Assembly: GCA_963514005.1 (NCBI GenBank) | Contig: OY740807.1 | Coordinates: 18,972,001-19,036,000, forward strand | Direction of reading: 5' to 3' | DNA: 64,000 nucleotides | Source: Raja brachyura | Taxonomy: Eukaryota | Part shown: in pieces, positions 36,501 to 48,500 of the stretch | Position numbering within the stretch: the stretch's first letter is position 1 | Layout: each line of letters begins with the position of its first letter | Position numbers and translations under genes: made by a program | Notes under the pieces: generated by a model | Database searches by the model: none | What the model was told of the DNA's origin: nothing | The model's input: the letters and a program-made list of their open reading frames with translations, nothing else

Positions 36501-39500
36501 CTGGTGCATTTCACCGCTCAATTATGTTAAACCTGTTTTACACACTGAAAAAGATCCTTGCCCATTCCTCAGGACATACAAAGGGTGCTTCAGGCAACAT
36601 ATCACCTTAGAAGTTAGAAGTGCATTTACTTTGCCAGGTAGTGCACAAATGACCAGTTGATAGAGAAGGATTTTGTCATTGTCCTTCAAGTTTAAAATGC
36701 TGCATTTGTGACAATGCAATAGTCCCTTAGCACCATGGTTCAGGGTCAGTCTAAACTGTGGTAGGATCCTCGAGGACAATCTTCAGCTTTACTAGCCACA
36801 AATTAAGTCTCCAATAAGAAAATATGCTAATTGGATCAAATCTGAAAGCTATGTGCGTTATCATCTGGTAATTAATATACTCGCTCACAAATGGTGATTG
36901 TATTCAACCTGGAATGTCCGAATCTGGCCTAATACCACTATCACACCATCAAATGGTGCTTTTCTTTCCAACTACAGTATTAAATCTGGACACCCCCCAC
37001 CCAGCACAACAGTTCAAATAAACTCGAGGAGTTCTTGGAGACCTAGCCAATATTTAAATGTGAAAAGTGTGACTAGTCATTTAATCGTTTTGTTTTTAGT
37101 GGGATTTGCACTGCACACTTCCCTACATTGAATAACAATATCACCTATCGCTATAAATTAATCATGAAACATTCAGGAACCCCAAGAATGTGAAAGCTTT
37201 ATGTCAATACAAAAGTTCTTTCTTAATATTTATGTTGCATTAAAATCCCCCAAAATATTTTGTGAGATTCAAATGACGTCAGAAAATCCATACTGATTGA
37301 TCAATATACGGTGCTGGTTATTGATTTTAATGGGGTTTTATTGAGTTGATTTTTATACTTTTTATTTTTAATTTATTTTATTTTAATATTTTTGGGGACA
37401 AAGTCCAATTTTTAAAGTGCATGGGAAGTTAAACCAAAGCAGGGTGCATAAACTAAGAAATATGACTACGGGTAGATAAGTAATTGGGTATTTTTAAAGT
37501 GAAGATTAACAGATTCTTGATTAGTAAGTGTGTCAAAGGGTAGGGGGCGAAGGCAGGAGAATAGGGTTGAGAGAGAATGGCGAACTAGACCTATGCGCCA
37601 AATGGCTTAATTACAGAGCCGGATTTACCACTAGGGTTCGTAGGCTGAAGCCTAGGGCCTCGAAATCTAGGGGGCCTCCGGCCAAGGTGTATAATATTTT
37701 TGACACAACGCTGTCACAATGCACTGTAGTCTCTAAACAACCCTTCAGTAATATTCCTTGCCCTCCATTCCAGAATAATTGTTTTAAGCCGATAACTCGA
37801 CACTAGCACTGGCAATAAATAAATAAACAGATAGATAGAAATGCAGCTTTCCAGCCCCTTATCTCATTGGCCACGCTCGGTTGCAAATCAGTGTCAATCT
37901 GATGGACCATCTTCCTCTAGTTATGTGGGTGGGGGATTGGGAGGGGCCTCACAAACAGAACATCCTAGGGCCTCTCTTCATCTAAATCCGGCACTGCTTA
38001 ATTCTGTTATGAATTTATGATAATCTAAAGGCAGATTCCCAAATATTTACTCAAAAGAACAGAATGTGTAAACATAGTTCAAATCTGAGGGAAAGACACT
38101 TGGATGGTGCTCTTTGTTCAGCAGGAGTCGAGCGTAAAACTTGTAGCACGTACAGTTAAGGAGAATTTCTCTTGCATGTTGAACAGATAAGACGTCACTT
38201 TCCTTCAGCTGTAGGTAACACCAGGAGAGGAGATGACCTTGCAATGCCCAAAGCAGATTGACAAGAACGGCTTCATTCTTCCCAAATGAATCACTGACGG
38301 CCATCGATTCACACTTAAAACAAAAGCAGAAACACCATTAATCCAATGCCTCTTAAACCAACCTGCTATCATCTGCACCAAGACTCTCATCAATGGCATC
38401 AGCACTGATGCATTAGTTTCAGCAGCCAAGCATAACCCAGAGTTAAACCAGCTGAACTTTTATTTTAAAACTACAGATGTTGGATATGCAACGTTGCAAA
38501 CAGAAAATGCGCCCTCGCACCACTGGACGCTCTAAACGTCAGCAAACAACAGATTAAAATGGGTAGCGAGGTGAATTCTCAAAAATTCAAACAAATCTCG
38601 ATTCCCTCCCTCAGATAATTCCATCTTTTACGAGCATCAACTGATTTTACTGGCAGAAATCCATAGATTCTGCGCGTTCCAGTGCATCTCTGAACCACCA
38701 TGTCTTGATATTGGGCTGATGAAATGCAGCTTGTACGAGTCAGCTGCATTTTGCCCATTAACATAAACTTTATCTTGACAACGCCTTCCTGAACTTATTC
38801 CCTGAAATTGCTCAAGACCAAACAGTAATTTAATGTTCACTCACCCTATCTTGGAGAGAAAATGTACAGAGAACTACAGGCATTTATAGACATCTATAAA
38901 TAGACATTTATAGATAAATAGACATTTATAGATATAGACATTTATAAAGTCACATTAGGACACCATCACAAGAGGACAAGAGTCTCCGGACAGTGGTTTG
39001 TAAAAGAATGCATAGTCTAGGTAACAGAAATAAATTAACATGGATTTGCCGCTATATTGTATATTGCCGTTATATTGGCTGTTAGTGCAAGATTGGAGTT
39101 TAGAGGTTGGGAAGTATTATATACAGCTGTACAGGTTACAGGGGACAGCACAGTGGCACAGCAGTAGAGTTGCTGCCATACAGTGCCAGAGACCTGGGTG
39201 TGGTCCTGCCTATAGATGCCGTCTGTACGGAGTTTGAATGTCCTTCATGTGACACGCGGGGTGGCGCCTGTATGGCCGTGAGTAGTCGCCCAATGAGTCG
39301 TACCTTTTTCTGGTCCCCGCTGGATTTTCAACATGTTGAAAATTTTCGGTGACCTGCTGCGACTATGACGGGTGTTGGCAGTCGCCAAAAAGAATCGCAT
39401 AAGTAGGACAGGCCCTTTACTGATCCAGAGGGGCATAACAGGGTAGAGGTCAAGATGTTTCCACCAGAGGAAGAATTATTAACAAAGGGACATGGTTACG

Positions 39501-42500
39501 GGATAAGGCTAGTCATTTAATGAGACATATGACAAGTAAACACTCTTGACTCTTTATTCATTGGGGATATCTGAAGCGGAGGCAGATATTTTTTGGATAG
39601 AATAGGAATTGAGGGCTACGTGGAACTGGCACACAAGAGATAAGGTCTGCGATAGATCAGCCATTACACTGCATGGCGAGGCAGCCTTCCGGGCCATGTA
39701 GAAGGTAGAAAACACCTGCCTTGATTACTAGAAGGCTAGTGAAAATTTAAATTACAATTCAAACAGAAGGAAAACAAAATTCCTTGAACATGCACCATCG
39801 TTAACATAATTGCGGTTGCACTTTAGATCACTTGGGCATCTTGAGTAGAGAATTCCAAGGACCCAGAATGTCTGCAGAGCCTATTTCACCTCCATTCTAA
39901 ATGACTAAGAGTTTATCTTGAGATTATTGCTCCTACATTGAAAGTATGACCTTTAATTGGATAACCCTGTTGGAGAAAAAGAGCTTCAGAGTATCTTACA
40001 TGTCAAATACTGTCGTGTTCTCATCTTCAAACTCCAGAGAAAGCTATTTAATCCTTCCTCATAAATGAATCAATTTAATAAACCTCTGTTCACCCCTCGA
40101 AGGCAACAAAGTAGATCAAACCTATCAAAACACCTTTCAATTTCAGAGAGAATTCCTGACATACACTTCATTACCCTAACAATTAGAATGCAAGGCTGAC
40201 TGTAGATACAAGTAGTGTTTGGTTTACTAAAACGTATTTTGCACAAGATCACAAGTAGGAAACCAATAAGAGTTTCTTTATGATAAATCAACTTCACATT
40301 GCAAATCACTATCTTCCACCATATAAGAAAATAATGTAATCAACAGGTTTGAAGTTTGTAAATCGTTCTTCGCCTACTCATGACACACATACACACCAAA
40401 ATCTCTTACCTCTCGTGTTGCTACTAACAGCAAGGTATCCATGACCATCATTATTGAATTTGTGTCAAAATCTGCGGGAATCCCTTTCTGTGGCAACTGG
40501 AGCAGCCCACTTGGATCCTGATTACTGAACCAGAAAATTAAATGGATTAGGTACATCTCAGATACCACCAGGAGAGCATGTGAGAACAAGGAGGGGGAAA
40601 TTGGGCCAAAAGGGAGGTTTATGTAAGGGTGAAGAGGATCTGGTGCTGAAAGCTGGTTGGGGGCTTTAAGGAAAAGCTCATGTCAGGCTTAGGGATAAAG
40701 TAGAAGGGGCTGGGAGGAATTGTGATGGAGAAAACAGAGGGAAGTTCCTGAAGGGGCTTCACGAGGGGGCTCTGAATTGGAGTAAAGGTAGAATACAAAG
40801 AGGATGTGCAAGTATTCAGACAGTGCTATTGGAGGAGTTTAAAGCGCAGCTGGGTGATTGTGAAGCAAAAGAGCATCCCTCCTGGCTAATCCACAAATAA
40901 TGGACAGTCTTGGACCGAGAGAGAAAAGCAAATAGGACTGCATCACCATGTGTAACATAGAGGACCATGAGGCAATGGTCAGACAAATTCTTCCTGGAGC
41001 ATGGGACAAGTCCAAAGAGACCATAGTGTACACAGAAGGAAACAGCTAAAGGCAGGTGGAAAGGATTTTCAACAGAAGGAAGAAAGACGTTCACAGACAA
41101 TGTTCACTCTGCACCTATTAAAAAAATTTTTTTAAATCAAGCGACCAAATAGAAATGCACTAAAAAACTGTTAAATGAACTATAATTTAAATATTGGTTT
41201 ATTTAACTTTGTTCAGTCAGCAGAATACTCATAATTTGTTTTAATTGGTTCTCTGTGCTTGCACCAGGTTTAACTTGAAAAAGGCTCCACAAACAGATCC
41301 TGTCAGAGGAAGGAAGTCTGTGGATTATGGTGCTGTTGCTTTCAACTCCTGAAAAGCAGATCTCCAGAGGACAGCGCTCTGCTGAGCTGAGCAGAGCCCA
41401 TGCACAGGAATAGCCCAGCTACACTATCTGACGGCACAGCAGGACAGCACAAGGTCTGCCCCTACTATCTTGTCACAACTGCTGTGCTTGCTCTGCACAC
41501 GTTGGCTGCCACATCTTTAAATATTACATTCAGAAACATCAGTTGGCTGTAATACTTCGGGATGTTTGAAGTAATGAAAAATACCAAGTTCTTTTTAAAG
41601 CTCACCTAAAGTAATGACACAGGGACTGGAATGTAATTGTAGTAGAATGAGGTTGAGATGGTTCAGTAATCGTTTCCTGCAAAGGTAAAGAACACAGTTG
41701 GGTGTATTGGGCATAGCTACAAACCAGCAGAAAGCAAAGTCAGATTCGAAGGGTGAGCCTTACCATCATTTTAAAAAGTTGATTACGCCGCGTGTTTACG
41801 TCTGGAAAAAAGATGGCAGCTCCACGAAGGATGGTATTTACTGCTTCCTTCTTCAACATTCCAGAAACCATGTTGTATTTCTCACCATCCACTACTGCTT
41901 AGAGAAGAGACAAGAATAGAAAGTCTTCACATTATCAGCAACTCTTCCGGTGGTGCTGAGTACTGAGAAACACAAGAGACTGCAGATGCTGCAAACAAAG
42001 TACTGGAGGAACTCAGCAGGCCAGACTTCGTCTGTGGAGGGAGTTGGACAGATGCTATTTTGGGTCAGGACTCAAAAAGTTGTCTGTCCATTCCGTCCAC
42101 AGATGCTGCTTGGCCCAGTGAGAACCTCCAGCCCTTGTGTTTTGCAGAGTACTGACACTTCCATATCCCAACTACGTACAGCGTAGTGTGATACAGTGTA
42201 AATAAATTTCTTTAAAATCCATTCTTGCATCCCCAAACATTGCCTACAAAACTGGATACATCACAACCATTCACCCAGGTTTACCAAAAAATTTTAACCC
42301 ACCATAAAATTCAAACAACCAACTCAAAAATCAATAGAACAGCAGATAATAGTAATCTGAAACAAAAACAGAAGTTTCTGGAAACACTCAGTAGGTCAGA
42401 CACCATCTGTGGAAAGTGAAAAAGAGTTAAAGTTTCAGGTTGAAGAACTTTGTCAAGGTGTTCTGACAAAGGATCTTTGAACTGAAATGTTAATCATGTT

Positions 42501-45500
42501 TCTTTCTACAGTAGCCACCCGACCTGCTGAGCATTTCCAGCACATTGCTTTGGCTTTAACCAATTCTATACATTACCTTCACAGAGGTAGACATAGAGGT
42601 CACGAGCAGATTCTGTGTCAATAGGCTGTTTCCTCTCAGTGTCAGCCTGCGATGTCCCTTGCGCTTCCTCAGACCGAGGAGATCCAGATAATAGCACCAA
42701 ACAATTCTGAAGAAGTTGCAGCAAGATAGTCTGGGCTTGCAGACACTCTAATCCTTGACTGAGGGGAAAAAATAATGGACATGACATGTCGCTATTTTTT
42801 GTTCATCATTAACAGTCCAACAGTATACATCCAAACAGATGCCCACACTGCACATGCAAACAGACCCCACATTTCTCCCCCATTTAAAAGAAACTGCTTA
42901 CAATGTCGTCTCCATATGTACTTATACCCACAGAAAGCCATTACAGGAAGATGCACTTGCAACATTGTTATCCAAATACCAACATAAATTGCTATCTCCA
43001 GGAAAAGCCACTTAATGGTAATTTTTAAAAAGTGAACTTACTTTTCTCTGAATTTTTTGTAGAAGTTCCAGAACAGTTGTAGGTTAAGATCTGAAAAGTC
43101 CAGGTAAGGTTTCTTTTTTAACTTCCGCTCCTTCAGTTCTGCCTATAAGTAAAGAAAGAGCATTTATTGTGCAATAAACTAATGGATAACATGATCCATT
43201 TAAGTGAGATTCAAATGGAAACTATTTTGGAAAGCTTTAGGACTCCTCAAACCGTATAAAATGGAAACATTGAGGACTTTAGAAGTAGTAGCCTGCCAGA
43301 TTTTCTGGATGTTATTTGAATCGCTTTGCCAACACTTTTAATTTGCTTAAGATTTTTAGTTCAGTTCAGAGATACAGCGTGGAAACAGGCCATTCGGCCC
43401 ACCGAGTCCATGCCAACCAACGATCACCCATATACTAGTTCTATCTACACACTAGCGACAATTTACAGAAGCCAATTAGCCTGCACACCAGCAAGTCTTT
43501 GGTATATGGGAGGAAACCAGAGCATCCAGAGGAAATCCACGAGGCCGCAGGGAGAACGTACACATCAGCAGAGGTCAGGATGAAACCCCAGTCTCTGGTG
43601 CTGTATGGCAGTAACTCTACTGCTGCGCCACCCATACAGATGTCACACCGTATAAAATTAATTTTTCAGCAAACTGGCCGAGCTAAAGGGAGCACAGGAA
43701 CAAAGAACCAACTATCTTAAATGGAGGCCCTGTAAACCAAGAGATTTCTTACCACAGGGTGGTGGATAAACAGATGTAGCCCTCTTACTCAATTTTAATA
43801 GTTTTCATGCTATGAACTGCAATTTTATTACACTTATACCCAACTCATTCAATTCAGCCATTCGCAAGTATTTCAAAATATGAGGTAAACAAAATTATAT
43901 ATTGCCATAAACCAAGTTTACAGAAAATCTGTAGAGTGATTAAGGTGTAAATACAAATTAAACTCAATCAGAAAGATTGAAACTAATTACCCAGGTGAGT
44001 ACTTAATTGATGCCGGAGGTAGGCAAAAATTCTGGAGAAACTCAGCGGGTGAGGCAGCATCTATAAGCGAAGGAAATAGGCAGACTATTGTGAACCCCTT
44101 CATCAAACCTCATCAGTCTGAAGAAAGGTTTTGGCCCGAAACGTTCCCATTTCCTTCGCTCCATAGATGCTGCCTCACCCACTGAGTTTCTCCAGCGCTT
44201 TTGTCTACCTTCGATTTTCTAGCATCTGCAGTTCCTTCTTAAACACTTAATTTATGCCATTGGGCGTTTCATAGCAACCAAGTAATCTCTAGTTTGGTCA
44301 ACAGCCTCAATTACACAAGGCCCTGATTGTCTACCTTGACAGACAAATTCAATCTCCCACATTCATTGAACAAATAGAGCTCTTACAGCGGCATTTGATA
44401 CTTCCATCAAGACTCCAGGGTGACCAATAACATCATTCTCATTTAGCATAAACCAAGAAAAATGATAAAACCTGGTTTGGAAAGGTTTAACACCAAATAT
44501 TCTTTAAAACATCTTTTGAACAAAATAAATCTTGTTCAAAAACCACATGTCCAATTGATATACGTTGTCTCCTCAAAATGAAACAAGTAACACACTACAA
44601 AGTGTAGAAAATTAAATATTTTTAATTTTGGTTTTGCCATTTAGGCAAAAAATTAATCTCTCACTGAACGCAGTTGTCAGTTTTACTTAATGCAGTGTTC
44701 TGATACAGTCTTAAATTCATTTTATACATTGACATGCATCTTTTACATGATTTTGATGCTCATCATCAGAAGACTGTGATTCATCAGTTATACAAGATAT
44801 TCTGCAAGTTATGAAACATTCCACAATGTAAAACTGTACAAGGAGTTAAACAGTCTTAATTACTGTTAACGTATGTCGAACCTTTGCACAAATTATCTAG
44901 TATGGCAAAGGTTTACGGTCCAGGACAAAGGCAATCCAATACTTCACAGAAGCCTCCTGTAGGCAACACTTCAATTATATAAAATTTGTCTCCGTTACAA
45001 GTCCGTGCAATCACTACCATCCTCCAAACGTCCACATTAAATGTCTTTTAAAAATCTCACTCATCTCCTGTGACTCCACACATAGACTTCCAAGCTGATC
45101 TTTAAGGGGACCAAGCCACTTTTTAACCAATCTTTTTCTCTTATTAGTAGTAGGCCCCCCTTGGTCATGACTGACCATGGGTGATGCTTCCTCGTTTGGA
45201 GGTGATGTGTGGTCGGATGCAAGCCTGGGCGATGTCATATGGAGGACAGGCTGCTGCCCCTGCAGCACGTCCCCCCTCTCCACGTTGTTGATCGATCCAA
45301 ATGAACAGCAGGGCCGTTACAGTTTGGCACCAGCGCCGTAGACAACGACGAACTGCCTTATGACTCCGACTCTGGATTTTCTTGAGGTTTACTCCAGGAG
45401 CCTTTTCCATGACTGGATAAGGCCGCAAGGCAGTGGACATTTTAAATCAGAGTTTTCCCTCTCCTAGCTGGACTGCCTTCCCAGGTTGACGAGCCCCATC

Positions 45501-48500
45501 TTCTCTTACTATACGTGTAGAATCCTTTGGGATTGTCCTTTACCTTGCCTTTCAGATCCCTTATGCCCTTGTTGCCCTAATTTCCGTCTTAAGTGTACTG
45601 CACTTATACGCATCCTCATGACTTTGAGGGTAACGGCATTACATAGATAAATATCGTGCCACAAAGACCTTCAAGGTCTGAAATGTAATGCACTATTTCT
45701 ATTGTTTGCTGAGATTTTGGAACTTTATATGCAAAATATTTGAATACAGCGAGTCAAGTTAGGAGGGCTATTAAGAACAAATACATGATTCTTGAATAAA
45801 TATAGAATGTTGGAAATATTCAGGAGGTCAGGATGTATCTGTCCTGGTGGTGACTCTAATGTTTTAGTTCAATTACCTTATCAAGCAGCTCTGAGAGAAG
45901 GTAGACACAAAATGCTGGAGTAACTGAGCGGGACAGGCAGCATCTCTGGAGATAAGGAATGGGTGAAGTTTTGGGTCGAGACCCTTCTTCAGACTGATGT
46001 CAGGGGAGTGGGTGGGACAGAGATAGAATGTAGTCGAGACAGTAAGACTGGTGGGAGAACTGGGAGAGGGGAGGGGATGGAGAGAGAGGGAAAGCAAGGG
46101 TTATTTGAAGTTAGATAAGTCAATGTTCATACCGCTGGGGTGTAAGCTACCCAAGCAAAATATGAGATGCTGTTTTTCCAATTTGCACTGGGCCTCACTC
46201 TGACAATGGAGGAGGCCCAGGCCAGAAAGGTCACATTGGGAATGGGAGGAGTTAAAGTGCTGAGCAACAGGGAGATCAGGTAGGAATTGTGAGGAGGGGA
46301 TAGAGTCTTTACGGGAAGCAGGGTAGGAAGAAGTGTAGTCTAGAGAGCTATGGGAGTCAGTGGGCTTGTACTGGATGTCAAAAGGTAATTGATCTGAAAC
46401 ATGAAACGTTTTGCTCTCTCTCTGGATCTTCTGCCCTGATGCTTACTTCCAGCAGTGTGTATCATAGTTTGCTGCAGGTTTTTTGGCAAAACAAACAAAG
46501 GAAGAGACTGTGAAAACAATAAAGATAACCGTTGGCAATGAAGTCCTAGGTGGAATAGCTCTACCAGCATAATACATAAAGGCATCGAGGCCTTAATGTG
46601 GTTATCGGGACGTGCCAGGACTCGAGCGCCTGAACTCTAGGAAGAGATTGGGCAGACTAGACTATTTGGGTGTCAGAGGTAATGGGGAGAAGGCAGGAGA
46701 ATGGGGTTAGGAGGGAGATATAGATCAGCCATGATCGAACAGCGGAGTCGACTTGATGGGCGGTATGGCCTAATTCTGCTCCTATCATTTATGATCTTAT
46801 AGTTATTGGACTGGAGCACAAAAGGCCGAGGGGTGACGTTCGAGAGGTGCATAAAATTATGAGAATAGATAGTGTGAAGGTACAGAGTCAATGTATGAGA
46901 ATCAAGAGGGCATAGGTTGAAGATGAACAGGGAAAAATATAATATCAAGCTAACGGGTTACTTTTTCCACACAGAGAGCGGTGAGCATATGGAATGAGCA
47001 GCCAGAGGAGGCAGTTGAGACATAAACAATAATAATGTTTAAAAGACATTTGGACACTGACATGGATGAATAGATGAATATGGAAGTTTAGATGAATATG
47101 GGCTAAATGCAGGCAGGTGGAACTAGCTTAGATAGGGTATCTTGGTCGGCAAGGATGAGCTAGATCAAAGAGCCTGTTTCGGTACTGTCCAACTCCATGA
47201 CCAAGCTGCAGAGATGATTTACAAAATGCGATCAATGAAACTAAGAGGGACTAAGAAGCCGAGGTTATTCCTACAACTAAAGGTTGGACTGAAACGTCTA
47301 ACATTGGTTTAACAATTTCTTGGATGAAGATTTAGAAGAAATACTTGGTTTGAAGTCTAGCATCATTTTATATGACATTTTAAAAAAATAAAATGTTTGA
47401 ACTTACTGCATCCTGTGTCAGCTGCTGGATGAAGTAGAGCGTCTTCAACACTAGAGTCTGTCCCGCAACAAGACCACCAGGGGCACTGTCAGTGAAAGAA
47501 ACACATTCTTGACTGGGTGGTCTCACGTAGCCACGGATGGATAGATGCTTGATGCCAATACGCACATTATTCTCATCTTCTTGACGGGGACAAAGAAACT
47601 TCACCATCAAATACTGTAGTAAAAATCAAGATAGATCTTCGTCATTAAAACAGCTCAGAATGTCAGTCTCAATGCACTGTTGCCATGGTATGCTGATCAG
47701 ATTAAGTTAGTTACCAAAATTCAGCTACATGAACAAAAATAAACAAAAGTCTCAAATTGTTGAATGCAGAGCAAACTTAGTTTCCTAGTACAGATCACAT
47801 TTAATTATGAAAGACACAAATTGCTTGAGTAACTCAGCAGATTCAGGCAGCATCCCGGGAGAATATGGCTGAGTGACATTTCAGGTCGGCACCCTTCTTC
47901 AGACTGATTGCAGGGGTGGGGTGAAAGAAACTATATTCAAGAGGGAGTTGGATGTGGCTCTTGTGGCTAAAGGGATCACGGGGTATGGAGAGAAGGCAGG
48001 TACGAGATACTGAGTTGGATTATCAGCCATGATCATATTGAATGGTGGTGCAGGCTCGAAGGGCCGAATGGCCTACTCCTGCACCTATTTTTCTATGTTT
48101 CTAAACTTCCATGAGGGGCAGAACAAAGCTGTTCTTACATGTATTAGTGTCTGGCTTTGGTCAGCTGAACAATACCTCGCTGTTTAGTGCAATAGAAAAA
48201 ATACAAAGAACAGATGAGATCATGCCCTATCACTATTACATCAAATTTAAGCCATAATTTAATTGTAACAGAGACTAATGCCTCATACATTTGCAAAGGA
48301 CTGAAGGCAAACACTCATAAAACTAGAGTAAATGAAGTTTGGCTGATCGATAAAATAACTGACACACGGGTGCCATCTACCGGAAGAACAAGCTCCTAAA
48401 ACAAAACCTTTAAAGTTCCCAGCATTCCATAACCACTTAATGCAATGAAAGAAAATCTTGAAATTAGATGGTTTCCCACTCAATTTTAATTTCAGAGGAA

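Noticed and set aside
40590-41117. Purine-skewed intronic block preceded by a good acceptor-like ttttttaatag on the gene strand
   Set aside because: The phase-compatible frame stops within a few codons and I could not recognise a protein or repeat family; left unassigned
43560-43632. tRNA-like A/B box sequence
   Set aside because: SINE head, not a foldable tRNA gene
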